A stretch of 64,000 nucleotides of DNA from Methanocellales archaeon (GTDB lineage Archaea; Halobacteriota; UBA148): contig JAQUQR010000002.1 in the NCBI GenBank assembly GCA_028715985.1, positions 19,718-83,717 on the forward strand, written 5' to 3'. The notes under the pieces were generated by a model. The model saw only the letters and a list, made by a program, of their open reading frames with translations, was not told where the DNA came from and did not search any database. Positions within the stretch are counted from its first letter, which is position 1; each line of letters opens with the position of its first letter. Positions 47,321 to 58,721 of the stretch are shown piece after piece. Made by a program: the position numbers and the translations under genes.

Positions 47321-48940
47321 TCATCTCAAACCTTTGACCATATAGGGCCCATCAAGCTCATATCCTAACTTTCGATAGTAATCGCGCACCCCAACGCCAC
47401 TGGTGATGGCAATTTTATCAAACCCATTATCCTTTGTTATATTCTCTGCCTCACTCAGCAGCTCCTTGCCATACCCCCGGTGCTGCCATCCATCCTTTCT
47501 TGAGCCAATGGGAACCATGGGACCATAGACGTGTAATTCCCTTACAAGTGCTGCATGGCTTAACTCGGGTCTATGAGGATTATCAGGGAACCTGAGTCTC
47601 AGGAAACCTATCAATATGTCCTTTTTAACATCCTCGATTGATATGAAATGCTCAACACCACCGCATGCATCATATCTTTCTGTCAACGATGTTATGTTCT
47701 CCACGTCTGGCTCGGTCCCCTTAAGCAGTGCATGTCCAACTTCCCTGCAACGTATGCACTGGCACTTTTTGCCCGATTGTCTCAGCCTGTCTGCCGCTAA
47801 CTGCCTGATATTGCTCTTGGTCACTCCTGCCAGTATATGTTGTACTGGAATATCCCGCTGGATTCTCTGCAGCCTTACCCATCTGGGTAAAAAGGATTTC
47901 ACCTCGGCGAGCAGCTCCACTGCATCTTCATTCGTAAGTGGCACGTATTCGCCATTTTTCCACATATCGTGCAATCGCGTTCCATTCACGATCAGCGTGG
48001 GATATATCTTCAGGTAGTCTGGCTTAAATTCAGAGTCAGTGAATACGCGGCGAAACATCTTTAAATCGTCATCAAGAGAAGAGCCGGGCAAACCAGGCAT
48101 CATGTGAAAGCCCACTTTGAGCCCACTATCCCTTAGCAGGGCATTAGCCAGGATGGCATCCTCAACTGTATGACCCCTTTGTATTCTTCTCAGCACAAAA
48201 TCATGGGTGCTTTGAATGCCTAATTCGACCTTTGTTCCACCAAGCTTCAACATTAGATCGATGTGCTCCTTTTTCGACCAATCTGGACGCGTCTCAAAGG
48301 TGATCCCTACGTTCCTTACACCGGCATTCTCGTTGGCCTTTTGCACCTCTTTGAGCGGAATTGAAGCCTTTCGTTTATTTTTATTTTTATTTTCATTTGC
48401 AAAGTCGTTCATCGCCTCTAAACAACGGCGGACGAACCACTCCTGATAGCGGAGTGATCTGGCGGTGAACGTGCCGCCCATGACGATCAACTCTGCTTTA
48501 TCGAGAGGGTGGCCGATCTGTTTCAGTTGAGTGAGACGAGCCGTCGCTTGGCGATAGGGATCGTAGTCTTGCTGGATTGCTCGTAAAGCAGCGGGCTCAT
48601 AGCCGGTATAACTTTGCGGGGAACGAAATGAGGACGTAGGCCCCCCAGGACATGGAACACATGATCCATGGGGGCATTTATGGGGCGAGGACATCACAGC
48701 TATGACAGCAACGCCTGATATCGTCCGAATCGGTTTAATTTGAGCCAATCTTCTGACGAGGCCCTGCTCATCATCAGTGGAAACTGCCAGTATGTCTGAG
48801 TTCTTCGGTATCTTGGACAAGTTGTACCTTTGCACAACCGCCTTCTTGGCATTGTTTAGTTCATCAGAAGAAGTGATATCCTCGGCCAATATCATCTCCA
48901 CTAATTCCCTGCATGCAGATTTAACGTCTTCAATCATCAA
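47321..48940 (-). CDS. elp3: Elp3-type tRNA uridine(34) modification enzyme (radical SAM + GNAT)
   Basis: 539 aa with a Cys-rich radical-SAM region and a C-terminal acetyltransferase (QHRGYGKELL). Confidence 0.9.
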   Translation of the reverse strand: MMIEDVKSACRELVEMILAEDITSSDELNNAKKAVVQRYNLSKIPKNSDILAVSTDDEQGLVRRLAQIKPIRTISGVAVIAVMSSPHKCPHGSCVPCPGGPTSSFRSPQSYTGYEPAALRAIQQDYDPYRQATARLTQLKQIGHPLDKAELIVMGGTFTARSLRYQEWFVRRCLEAMNDFANENKNKNKRKASIPLKEVQKANENAGVRNVGITFETRPDWSKKEHIDLMLKLGGTKVELGIQSTHDFVLRRIQRGHTVEDAILANALLRDSGLKVGFHMMPGLPGSSLDDDLKMFRRVFTDSEFKPDYLKIYPTLIVNGTRLHDMWKNGEYVPLTNEDAVELLAEVKSFLPRWVRLQRIQRDIPVQHILAGVTKSNIRQLAADRLRQSGKKCQCIRCREVGHALLKGTEPDVENITSLTERYDACGGVEHFISIEDVKKDILIGFLRLRFPDNPHRPELSHAALVRELHVYGPMVPIGSRKDGWQHRGYGKELLSEAENITKDNGFDKIAITSGVGVRDYYRKLGYELDGPYMVKGLR

Positions 48941-49457
48941 TACTCTGGCCCATCCATTTTTCCCAATGTTCTATCTTCTCACCCAATCTTGGGGGTGCCA
49001 TCGGCGCCTCATCAGGGTACCCTACCAATACTAGCGCAATAGGTCGCACATGCTCTGGCAAACTTAACAAAGAGGATACTTCCCGCTCATCAAAAGCCCC
49101 CACCCAACAGGTTCCCAGGCCAAGAGAGTACGCAGCAAGAAGGATGTTCATCACCGATGCAGTTGCGTCCTGGATGGCATAAAGAGCACTTCTAGCCTTA
49201 TACCTCATTTCTGAACGCTCCAGATTGGCACACACGACGATCGTGATCGGTGCCTCCCTTAGAAATTCTTGTTTCAGCGCCGCCCTTGCCAACTTTTCCC
49301 TCTCCTCCTCCGAGGACACGACGATGAATTCTCTCGCCTGTAGATTTCCTGCTGAGGGCGCCATTTGCGCAGAATGCAGTAACATTTTAATATCTGATTT
49401 GCTTACTTTCTCCCCCTTGAACTTGCGTATCGATCTTCGATTTTCTATTGCTTCCAT
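48930..49457 (-). CDS. Nitroreductase-family protein
   Basis: MEAIENRRSIRKF..., with a GGAGG RBS upstream of ATG 49457. Overlaps the elp3 start. Confidence 0.8.
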   Translation of the reverse strand: MEAIENRRSIRKFKGEKVSKSDIKMLLHSAQMAPSAGNLQAREFIVVSSEEEREKLARAALKQEFLREAPITIVVCANLERSEMRYKARSALYAIQDATASVMNILLAAYSLGLGTCWVGAFDEREVSSLLSLPEHVRPIALVLVGYPDEAPMAPPRLGEKIEHWEKWMGQSIDD

Positions 49458-49550
49458 ACAGTCCTCCATAAACATCACCTTTTTTAGCTATCTCTTATAC
49501 TTTGGCCATAAATCTTTAAGGGTTAACAGGTTTATATGGCGTAGATCGAT

Positions 49551-50042
49551 ATGAGAATTACAATGGACCTAGAGTTAAAAGATACGCCTGGCCAACTAGT
49601 GTTAGCTCTCCAGCCCATCTCTGACTTTGAGGGCAACATCGTCTCTGTTGTGCACCATAGAGACAAGAAAACCCCGCGGGGCATGATTCCCGTACAAGTA
49701 GCCTTTGATATCGAAGGGGAAAAAGTGAGTGGCCTTATCAACAAATTAAAGAGCATCGGTATCATAGTCGCACGGGTTGATGAGGAAAGACTGCGCGAGA
49801 GTAGAGTGGGAATATTAATCGGGCACATCGTTCACTCGGATATTAGGGATACCATAGACCAGATCGATGCCACAGGATATGCAGAGGTAGTGGATCTCGC
49901 AATGTCCATGCCTGGAATAGATCAAAGATCATCTGCAAGACTGGTGATAAATGCCACTGGGAAAAGGGAAATGGAATATGCGGTGGAATTGCTCAGGAAC
50001 ATCGCGCGCGAAAAAGATTTGCTATTAATCGAGCCCATTTAG
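49551..50042 (+). CDS. ACT-domain protein
   Basis: 163 aa, LELKDTPGQLV ACT-like, immediately upstream of hom. Confidence 0.65.
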   Translation: MRITMDLELKDTPGQLVLALQPISDFEGNIVSVVHHRDKKTPRGMIPVQVAFDIEGEKVSGLINKLKSIGIIVARVDEERLRESRVGILIGHIVHSDIRDTIDQIDATGYAEVVDLAMSMPGIDQRSSARLVINATGKREMEYAVELLRNIAREKDLLLIEPI

Positions 50043-50052
50043 GGGGTCTCTG

Positions 50053-51063
50053 ATGAAAAAAATACGCCTCTCAATAATCGGATTTGGAGTTATAGGAAGT
50101 GGTGTTGCAAAGGTCATTTCGAAAAAAAGAGATTACATAAAGCACAGACATGGAATCGATCTTGAGCTAGTGGGAATTGGCGAACGTAATGGAGGCATTG
50201 CTTGTGAAGAGGGTGTCGATCCCACGGAAGCCTATAATTTGGCGAAAACAAAAGAAATGGAAAAGCACCCCTGCTGGAAAGAGGGGATGATCGGTATTAA
50301 CGTCATTAAAGAAGTGAATGCAGACATCGTAATAGAGACAACTCCAACGAACATCGATTCTGGGGAGCCCGGTCTGAGCCATATGATGACTGCTTTTAAA
50401 AATAAAAGGCATGTAGTCACATCCAATAAAGGACCATTAGCCGTAGCATACAAAGAACTAATAAAAGCTGCTGAGGAAAATGATGTTCAGTTTAGATTTG
50501 AGGCTTCGGTGGGCGGAGCTATGCCGGTATTCAATCTTGTACGAGAATGCCTTCAAGCAAATAAGGTACTCAGCATCAAGGGCATCTTGAACGGAACGTG
50601 CAATTATATACTAACAAGGATGTCCACTGAAGGAATGTCATACGAGCACGCCCTATCTGAGGCTCAAGAACTGGGGATTGCAGAGACGAATCCAAGCTAT
50701 GATGTCGAAGGAATGGATACTGCATGCAAGCTCGTAATTCTCGCAAATGAGATCCTCGGCATGGACAGCACTTACAAGGACGTCGAAATAGAGGGTATAA
50801 CGGGGATCACCATAGAGTCGCTAAAACTGGCATCTGACAAAGGGTATACCATAAAGCTGATCGGTGAAGTAGAGGCGGAAAAATTAAGAGTTGCACCACG
50901 TTTAGTCCCAAAAGATCATCCTCTGGCTGTCAGAGGAACCCTCAATGTAATGTCTCTAAATACAGACCTGGCAGGAGAGATCACCATAACTGGCAAGGGT
51001 GCTGGCGCCATCGAAACGTCGAGCTCCATATTGAGCGATGTGATAAATATCGCGAAACGTTGA
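50053..51063 (+). CDS. hom: Homoserine dehydrogenase
   Basis: IIGFGVIGSGV, VVTSNKGPLA, FEASVGGAMP and GILNGTCNYIL. Confidence 0.9.
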   Translation: MKKIRLSIIGFGVIGSGVAKVISKKRDYIKHRHGIDLELVGIGERNGGIACEEGVDPTEAYNLAKTKEMEKHPCWKEGMIGINVIKEVNADIVIETTPTNIDSGEPGLSHMMTAFKNKRHVVTSNKGPLAVAYKELIKAAEENDVQFRFEASVGGAMPVFNLVRECLQANKVLSIKGILNGTCNYILTRMSTEGMSYEHALSEAQELGIAETNPSYDVEGMDTACKLVILANEILGMDSTYKDVEIEGITGITIESLKLASDKGYTIKLIGEVEAEKLRVAPRLVPKDHPLAVRGTLNVMSLNTDLAGEITITGKGAGAIETSSSILSDVINIAKR

Positions 51064-51199
51064 GATGAAAGATAGGTAGATAGATAAATAGTGCTTATGA
51101 GCCTCAAAGAGTTGGGGGCTTATTTGAGCCAGCTAAATCTAGGTTGACGGGCTATGAAATTATAAAAAAAGTGTTCAAATTGGATTAGAGGGTTACAAT

Positions 51200-52108
51200 A
51201 TGAAAGTTATAGACCTCTATGGAAACTCACCCATTTACTCACTTGAAGTCTTCCCGCCGAGAAATGGGGAGCCTATCGATAGGGTATTTGGCACAATAGA
51301 GCCTTTAAAGGAATTTAAACCAGCGTACATCAGCGTAACTTGTGGTGCGAGCGGGACTCCGCGTGGTGGGACGGTACCAATAGCAGCAAAAATCAAGAGA
51401 GAATATGGAATAGAAAGCGTGGTCCATCTTACATGCTCAGACAAATCAAAACAAGACATAGAGAATTTGTTGATGGATGTGAAATATGAAGGGATCGAAA
51501 ATATACTCGCCCTAAGGGGTGACCCCCATCAAGGAGAGGAGACGTTCAAGCCCCATGAAAAGGGGCACACATATGCCTCGGGATTTGTAGAACAGATCAG
51601 TTTGATGAACAAAGGAAAATATCTGACGGAGGTTGAAGGCGCATATAGGCAAGGCTTGCCCACAAATTTTTGCATAAGTGTGGCTGGTTATCCGGAAGGT
51701 CACCCGGAGTGCTCGGACAAGAAAAAGGATTTGGAGCATTTAAAAATAAAAGTTGACAAAGGTGCAGACTACATAATAACCCAAATGTTTTTTGATGTGA
51801 ACCATTACCTGAAATTCGTGAAAAGTGCGGAAGGCATCGGCATAGATGTGCCCATAATTCCAGGCGTAATGCCCCTAGAAGAGTATTCTCAGATTATATG
51901 TATGTTACAAAAAATGAAAATAAGCATACCCAGAGCTTTCATGGAAAAACTCGAAAAGAACAAATCCGATAAGCATGCCGTGCAAAAAATCTGTACAGAA
52001 CATACAGTAGACCTTTGTAAAACCCTGATAAAAGAGGGCGCACCAGGAATACATTTTTATACTATGAATCGACCGGAAAGCACACGTAGAATTCTGCAAC
52101 AGATTTGA
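51200..52108 (+). CDS. metF: Methylenetetrahydrofolate reductase
   Basis: SLEVFPPR...ISVTCGA...LALRGD...AGYPEGHPE...ITQMFFD. Confidence 0.85.
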   Translation: MKVIDLYGNSPIYSLEVFPPRNGEPIDRVFGTIEPLKEFKPAYISVTCGASGTPRGGTVPIAAKIKREYGIESVVHLTCSDKSKQDIENLLMDVKYEGIENILALRGDPHQGEETFKPHEKGHTYASGFVEQISLMNKGKYLTEVEGAYRQGLPTNFCISVAGYPEGHPECSDKKKDLEHLKIKVDKGADYIITQMFFDVNHYLKFVKSAEGIGIDVPIIPGVMPLEEYSQIICMLQKMKISIPRAFMEKLEKNKSDKHAVQKICTEHTVDLCKTLIKEGAPGIHFYTMNRPESTRRILQQI

Positions 52109-52293
52109 TATTTTTACAGTTTAAGTTCTAGTAATCCAACTCCCAGAGAATTTACCCTAAAAATCTGGGGATGGTAACTTTTAGGCCTTTTTGATATATT
52201 GATCTGAATAGTAGATGTCAATGTGGTGTAGAATTGAATTTTTGAGGATTTAATCGCCCAACTTTTTAGGTGACGTTAATGTTGGGACCCGGG

Positions 52294-52677
52294 TCACAAA
52301 AAGATAAAATCCAATGCCAAGGAGTTTATACAATATCTTTTTCCTGTGGGTTCAGGGCCGTCATCAAAAATATGCCCAAGGTGGCTTTCACATTTTTTGC
52401 AAATAACTTCAATTCTGTGCATGCCATGACTGTCATCCCGCCTGAGCGCAACTGCACCTTCCTTGGAATCATAGAAGCTTGGCCATCCGCAGCTGGATTC
52501 AAATTTGGTGTCTGACGAAAACAGCTCATTCCCACATGCAGCGCAAACATATCTGCCCTTTTCGTCAAATTTAACATATTCTCCACTAAAAGGCGGCTCT
52601 GTTCCTTTTTCCCTGAGGATGTGGTAACTCTCAGGGTCAAGCTTCTTTTTCCAGTATTCTTCTGTCCCTTTTACCAT
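52294..52677 (-). CDS. msrB: Peptide-methionine (R)-S-oxide reductase
   Basis: 127 aa with two CxxC pairs and the catalytic RYCINS motif. Confidence 0.9.
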   Translation of the reverse strand: MVKGTEEYWKKKLDPESYHILREKGTEPPFSGEYVKFDEKGRYVCAACGNELFSSDTKFESSCGWPSFYDSKEGAVALRRDDSHGMHRIEVICKKCESHLGHIFDDGPEPTGKRYCINSLALDFIFL

Positions 52678-53456
52678 TTTGTCTATATTTTACTTATTAG
52701 ACTTGGTATATATACAATTTTAAAGATATGTGTAAAGCAACAAAATTAAAAGATGCGATAAGTAGCACAGCAAGAGATCAGATAAGATCTATTATGGCCT
52801 GAGCTGGTTATTAGTGCATGCTGCGATGGTGTAATATTGGGTGCGGGCGCAACGTACAAATCTGATCTAGATAATCGAAATTGGGGGGATGTTGTTAATT
52901 CAATATCCATCCAAAAAAATAGGTGGGATGGATTGTCCTATTTCTGTAATCCCATCAACAATTTTTTTAATATCCTCATAGTCGATCAGCTCGATTTTTG
53001 CATCTCATGTGAACTACGGAGTCCATCGAAAAAATGAAGGAATAAGATACTAGTGCGCATAGTTGCTAGGTTAGATACTAGTATTAGACCCATTATCCCC
53101 TCTCCTTCTAGGAAGCCTGATACTAACTAGCATTGCAAAACCTGCGGATCGCACAGCCATAACAGGTCACCAAAAATTGAGATTTTGTACATGTTTGGCA
53201 TTATAAGTAGTAATCCTTGTGTGATGCGGCATAAGTTGAACAAAAAGAACCAGCGCTAAGAGCACCGTGTGCTGCTCCAGCAGTATCAACTTCTGATTGC
53301 AGTTTCTGGACTTTTAATGTTCAATCAAAAAATATTTTTGAGCCCATCTGCTGACCATTCGTCAACATATTCTATTTGCCCACTGGTGATGGGGGGTTAT
53401 TGGGTATATTGCTGATACAAGACACCTAATTTCAAAAAATGCTTTACAGACCTTTG

Positions 53457-53475
53457 TTTAAATATAATATATATC
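53457..53475 (+). promoter_or_regulatory. TATA-like element TTTAAATATAATATATATC upstream of hppA
   Basis: It lies 37-55 nt upstream of the GTG at 53512. This is a positional argument only. Confidence 0.35.
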
Positions 53476-53511
53476 TGTGTTTTACAAAAGCATAACTGTT
53501 AAATAAAAGAC

Positions 53512-55626
53512 GTGGATATTACCCTAAAAGGTGAGGTTAAGGTGGATCTATCTATAATCGTACCAATAAGCGGATTGATATCGCTGGTGTTTGCAGCATA
53601 CCTAGTTTTTAAAATAAGTCGTCAAAGCTCAGGTAATAAAAAAATGCAGGAAATAAGTAACGCTATAAGAGAAGGAGCTATGGCTTTTCTGAATAGTGAA
53701 AACAAGATACTTGTTGTATTTATTACAGGAGTCTCAACGCTTCTCTATGCACTTTCGCTTGTTTCTGGTAGTAATATGCATTGGGGTACTACAGTTGCGT
53801 TTATTATCGGTGCCATCCTGTCCATCCTTTCCGGAAACATAGGGATGCGTATAGCAACGCTTGCCAATGCTAAAACAGCTGAGGGATCAAAAGAAAGTAT
53901 AAACAAAGGATTGTCTGTTGCTTTCTCCAGCGGAGCTGTAATGGGCATTACCGTTGTTGGACTTGGCGTGCTTGGTGTATGGGGGATGTATATGCTGTTT
54001 ACTAACCTAATACCAGCCCCATATACATGTAATCCGGGACAGGCTACCACCATACTGTTTGGCTTCAGTTTTGGTGCTTCATCAGTAGCACTGTTTGCCA
54101 GAGTGGGCGGCGGGATATATACAAAATCTGCTGATGTGGGGGCAGATCTTGTTGGAAAAGTCGAAGAAAACATACCTGAGGATGACCCAAGAAATCCAGC
54201 TGTTATCGCTGATCTAGTTGGTGACAACGTTGGTGATGTAGCCGGTATGGGTGCGGATCTGTACGAATCTTATGTTGAATCGATAATTGCTCCAATGGCT
54301 TTAGCTGCAATAGCCGGAGGATTTGCCATTACAACTTATGGATCAAATGCGATAATATTACCATTGATTATAGCTGCCTTAGGTATTTTTGCATCGATTA
54401 TTGGGATATTTTTTGTTCGAACGGGTAAAGAATCAAATGTTTACTCTGCTATGAGAAATGGGTTATTTGCCAGTGCCATTTTAGTTACAGTTTTAGGCGG
54501 AATGGCGACATGGTATTTGCTTGATGGTGAGCTGAAACCGTACTACGCCATGCTAGCAGGATTGATAGCAGGAATTATCATAGGATTAAATACTGAGTAT
54601 TTTGCTTCAGAGAAACAGAAACCTGTCAGGCAAATTGCTGAAGCATCTAAAACAGGTCCAGCAACCGTCGTTATTCAAGGCCTAGTTACTGGTATGACGA
54701 GTACAATTGTTCCCGTGGTATCAGTTGTTGCTGCGATGGTTATTGCATACTACTTCGCCGAGTTTTATGGCGTAGCTATTTCAGCAGTTGGTATGCTTAG
54801 CATCCTTGGTATGTCGCTTGCAACAGATTGTTATGGGCCAGTTGCTGATAATGCAGCAGGTATTGCCGAGATGTCTGGAATGGGGCAGGATGTGAGAGAG
54901 CGAGCTGAAACCTTAGATGCCGTAGGTAACACGACTGCTGCCATGGGTAAAGGTTTTGCAATAGGTTCAGCAGCTATCACGGCATTAGCACTAATTGCTA
55001 CCTTCATCGTCTCCTTAAAGCTTTACTACACTGGACCTGAAATCGAAGAATTGCTTTCCTTAGGTGGCAAATACAGTCCATATCTTGTATCAGGCGTATT
55101 CATCGGGGCGTTACTACCTTTCGTATTTGTCGCGTTAACGATGGGTGCAGTAGGTAAAGCTGCCCATAAAATGGTAGAAGAAGTACGCTACCAGTTCAAA
55201 GAATTTCACCTATTAACTGATCCAAAAGCAAAACCCGATTATACCCGCTGCGTCAGTATCAGTACAAAACGAGCGTTACAAGCAATGATTCTCCCTGGAT
55301 TAATGGCGGTTAGCGTTCCTATCATTGTGGGGATGGTCTTTGGGCCGGCAGGGCTTGCTGGGTTACTCCTCGGGTCGATTGCCACAGGGTTCCTTCTCGC
55401 TATATTCTTAGCAAATGCCGGCGGTGCTTGGGACAATGCAAAGAAATACATAGAGGCGGGAAACCTTGGGGGTAAGGGATCACTAGCGCATAAGGCCGCA
55501 GTTATAGGAGATACAGTAGGGGACCCATGTAAAGATACCTCGGGCCCAGCTCTCAATATTCTAATAAAACTCATGTCAGTTGTATCATTGGTGTTTCTAC
55601 CGTTGATAGTTTATTTCCACAGCTAA
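53512..55626 (+). CDS. hppA: Membrane-bound proton/sodium-translocating pyrophosphatase
   Basis: 704 aa with [38 protein letters not shown] and [17 protein letters not shown]. The Ala in GNTTAA suggests the K+-dependent class. Confidence 0.95.
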   Translation: MDITLKGEVKVDLSIIVPISGLISLVFAAYLVFKISRQSSGNKKMQEISNAIREGAMAFLNSENKILVVFITGVSTLLYALSLVSGSNMHWGTTVAFIIGAILSILSGNIGMRIATLANAKTAEGSKESINKGLSVAFSSGAVMGITVVGLGVLGVWGMYMLFTNLIPAPYTCNPGQATTILFGFSFGASSVALFARVGGGIYTKSADVGADLVGKVEENIPEDDPRNPAVIADLVGDNVGDVAGMGADLYESYVESIIAPMALAAIAGGFAITTYGSNAIILPLIIAALGIFASIIGIFFVRTGKESNVYSAMRNGLFASAILVTVLGGMATWYLLDGELKPYYAMLAGLIAGIIIGLNTEYFASEKQKPVRQIAEASKTGPATVVIQGLVTGMTSTIVPVVSVVAAMVIAYYFAEFYGVAISAVGMLSILGMSLATDCYGPVADNAAGIAEMSGMGQDVRERAETLDAVGNTTAAMGKGFAIGSAAITALALIATFIVSLKLYYTGPEIEELLSLGGKYSPYLVSGVFIGALLPFVFVALTMGAVGKAAHKMVEEVRYQFKEFHLLTDPKAKPDYTRCVSISTKRALQAMILPGLMAVSVPIIVGMVFGPAGLAGLLLGSIATGFLLAIFLANAGGAWDNAKKYIEAGNLGGKGSLAHKAAVIGDTVGDPCKDTSGPALNILIKLMSVVSLVFLPLIVYFHS

Positions 55627-55895
55627 ATAATCGAAACTGCAGTCTATGAGGGAGTATAAAATAAAAAAAGGTTATAACCCAGAGGTAAGTGCTATTATCA
55701 AACTCTTCTTTGGATTTGGGCATAACATCGCGATTTAAAGAAGTCGTGCTTAGCGCTTATGAGGAGGGTGCAACCCATCTGAACCTCATGATCTTTGTCA
55801 TATTTCCCGAAGGAGTAAGCTGTGGTGCAACTATGCCGAGGGAAAATGCCGAATTGCAACAGGCCGTAGTTTTTTTGGCAGCCCCATATGTTAGA

Positions 55896-57137
55896 TTAAA
55901 ACAAAACAAAAAACAACATGTAAATCAGAGTGTTCACCACTGTCATTGGGATACCAATCTTTGCGAATTCTAGAAAAGTTATCGTTTCTCCGGATCTCTT
56001 TTCTGCATTTTGAATTATTATAACATTACTAGCAGCACCAAGTATGAGGAAATTGCCAGCTATTGTGCTGCCTGCAGCTAATGCTATCATCTCTTTTGTT
56101 GTTGCGCCTGCATGAGAGAGCATTGGCAGATATAGTGCCACCAAAGGCACGTTTGATATTAACTGGCTTAGTAAAACGCCTACAGCAAATATCATCGGAA
56201 TGGAAAGGATGTTTACATTCAAAGTGGTTATTGCTGACTGGAAAAATCCTGTGTTCCAGACACTTTCCGTTAATACAAACATCGCAGCAAAAAATACCAA
56301 TGTTTGCCAATCAACTTTTTTGATTATAGAAATTCTTTTTCTGCCAAATGCTAAAATGGGCAGTGCTGATATCAGCGTGATATAAACTAATTTAAGGTCC
56401 ATCTGGATATTCAAAAATGCAATCGCAATTTTGATAAATATTAGGATCAGCAACAAAACAAGGGATATTTTGGATAAAATGGCGAGTTTAGGGTCCTTTA
56501 TAGGCTCTTTGGAGTGGTTCAAAGAATCATTGTTAAATTGCCCTTTGTAAACAATTTTTATTAGGAAGAAAGCGGCCAAAAGATTGAGGATTGTTGGCAC
56601 CAATAGATGTCGCAAGAATGTCAGAAAAGGATTGTTGATATTACCTTGGGTAGCTATGAGAAAATTCTGCGGGTTCCCAATTGGGCTCATAACACTACCA
56701 ATTGTTATCGCAAATGCTAACACGATCAAAAGAGCTTTTGGATTCATATCATGCTTTTTTGCGAGATGTAAAACCATTGGCGTTCCTATAATGGCCAAAG
56801 TATCGTTCATTAGAAGTGCTGAAACAAATCCCATTCCAAATAAAATGAGTAATAGCATCTGGTTCATATTTTTGGCCCTTTTAAATATTTCATAGGATAA
56901 GTGAGAAAGATAACCGCTCTCTTCAAGTGCAACACCTATGACAAACATACTAAACAAGAAAAGCATTACATCTACGTTTATTGATTTTAAAGCATCAGTC
57001 GGGGAAATTTGGCCCGTTATTAAGACAGCTATAGCCCCAAAAAGCATTATTTGCCATATCTTTAATTTAATATTGCCCACTTGCCTAATGGCAATGAGCA
57101 TAAAAACAACAGCTAAAACTATTATTGGGATCGTCAT
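55896..57137 (-). CDS. ArsB/NhaD (CitMHS/SLC13-like) anion permease
   Basis: 413 aa, about 11-12 TM, with family-like motifs (GSVMSPIGNPQN, GAASNVII). Confidence 0.7.
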   Translation of the reverse strand: MTIPIIVLAVVFMLIAIRQVGNIKLKIWQIMLFGAIAVLITGQISPTDALKSINVDVMLFLFSMFVIGVALEESGYLSHLSYEIFKRAKNMNQMLLLILFGMGFVSALLMNDTLAIIGTPMVLHLAKKHDMNPKALLIVLAFAITIGSVMSPIGNPQNFLIATQGNINNPFLTFLRHLLVPTILNLLAAFFLIKIVYKGQFNNDSLNHSKEPIKDPKLAILSKISLVLLLILIFIKIAIAFLNIQMDLKLVYITLISALPILAFGRKRISIIKKVDWQTLVFFAAMFVLTESVWNTGFFQSAITTLNVNILSIPMIFAVGVLLSQLISNVPLVALYLPMLSHAGATTKEMIALAAGSTIAGNFLILGAASNVIIIQNAEKRSGETITFLEFAKIGIPMTVVNTLIYMLFFVLF

Positions 57138-57634
57138 AACACTTGCAATGCTTAAGTTACTTTATATTATTAAATTTAATTAGCAGATGAGGACTAGCAA
57201 TTGAGTTTAACTCCTTATACATGAATATAAGCTGCATATCTCTTCAAATTGGTTTTATACCCGACTATTTCTTCGTTTTCGTTTGTTGAGAGAAATAAAA
57301 CAAAGAGTAAATTAGAAAGAAAAAACTAGATATTAATAGGGTTTAGATAATGCCAGATAGAACGTGATAAACAAAAATTTAAAAAAGTAGATTGAGATAA
57401 AATAAAAGGAAGGACTAAAATCGAAGTTTTGATGTAGTTAATTTGGCAGAAAAGGTAAAAAGAGAGAGAACAATAAGTATCCTACTCAAGCCTGCCGCTT
57501 CCAGAGATGCATTGGTGACTAACCTAGGTGGCGAAATGCTTATAATAGGTCGGGCCAGCTTGAGTTAGTGGCAGAGATAAATGGACTGATACAAGGAGGC
57601 GGTGGAGGAGAGGGGGATTAGTTGGTGTTTGTAG

Positions 57635-58648
57635 ATGGTATTGGGACGTTCAGTTGAAATTCGGTTGATTGTTCATGGAATCAAACTTGAAGAGGTATAC
57701 AAAGGTCAACTATTTGCCGTCAAGAAATGTGAGGTTACCTCCTCGGGGAAGTCAATGCCGAATTGTGTTCAAATTAACTACAAAGACAGCATAAAAGCTG
57801 ACCCTTCTGTCAATGAGCAACAGTATATCAACAGGGAAATTCCAAGAGCTGTAGACTTATTTACACAATCTATGTCGCTACTGTTAAGATTTCCATCACA
57901 TCTAATTAGCTACAAAGCAAAGTTGGACGGCGTTGCTGTGGAGCCTGAAATACAGCAATATAGACCGAATTTGTATAACCTTGCTGATATGTTCAATCGG
58001 GGTAGATTTACACCAAGTGGACTTTCAATATCACCACCCAGAGATTTCTGGGGACTTCTGGAGAATGTCATCTCCAGTTACCGCCAAAAATCAAACGACG
58101 TAGGCAGGCGCCTTGCTCTGTCGTTACGCTGGTTTAAGAAGGGAAGCGATGAGCTTAATAGTTCTGACCGACTGGTGGCTTTCTGGATATCATTCAATGC
58201 CCTTTATGCAAACCGTGAGATTAGGAGTGGTGAACAGAGATCTATTGAGAAGTATATATGCACCAATATGGATTCAGAAATGGCACAGCATTATGCCAAA
58301 TCCAATAGAAATAACCTTGAAACTCTATCTCAGTTGCCAACAGAAAAATTACCAATACTACTGCGAAGGAGAAGCCAGGAGATTGAAGTTACAAAATGCT
58401 TGGATGCTTTGCTTGAAGCTAACTCGCCAAATTACATAGAGGTTGTCAAGAAAACGGCATTGGTCATTTACGCTATCAGAAATAATCTGTTCCACGGCAA
58501 TTATGACCCAGTTTCAGAAGATGCTCAAAAGCACGTAGCAACTGCAGAAGTCCTGCTTTCATCTCTGGTAAGGGAATTACTAGTCAAGGAAATGACAGGA
58601 AAACCGCTCCCTAAAACAATTGTTTTCCCTGAAACTTTAAAAATTTAA
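57635..58648 (+). CDS. HEPN-motif protein (putative RNase; ApeA/Abi-like standalone), unknown function
   Basis: 337 aa. The C-terminal alpha-helical region contains LVAFWISFNALY and the Rx4H motif AIRNNLFHG. I did not recognise the N-terminal half. Confidence 0.5.
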   Translation: MVLGRSVEIRLIVHGIKLEEVYKGQLFAVKKCEVTSSGKSMPNCVQINYKDSIKADPSVNEQQYINREIPRAVDLFTQSMSLLLRFPSHLISYKAKLDGVAVEPEIQQYRPNLYNLADMFNRGRFTPSGLSISPPRDFWGLLENVISSYRQKSNDVGRRLALSLRWFKKGSDELNSSDRLVAFWISFNALYANREIRSGEQRSIEKYICTNMDSEMAQHYAKSNRNNLETLSQLPTEKLPILLRRRSQEIEVTKCLDALLEANSPNYIEVVKKTALVIYAIRNNLFHGNYDPVSEDAQKHVATAEVLLSSLVRELLVKEMTGKPLPKTIVFPETLKI

Positions 58649-58721
58649 AGAGAACTCTCCTGCTTCCTAACACCCCCATATTGAAGAAGCTTCCAAAAAA
58701 AAGCGTTTTAATTATGTTATG

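Noticed and set aside
52837-53037. 66-aa plus-strand ORF in the msrB-hppA gap
   Set aside because: It has a TTG start and odd composition. The opposite strand carries the more protein-like, though start-less, fragment.
55689-55973. 94-aa plus-strand ORF, and a 44-aa minus-strand ORF (about 55753-55887), between hppA and the permease
   Set aside because: The plus-strand ORF overlaps the 3' end of the permease gene and has a GTG start with no RBS. The minus-strand ORF is short and has no recognisable features. I report neither.
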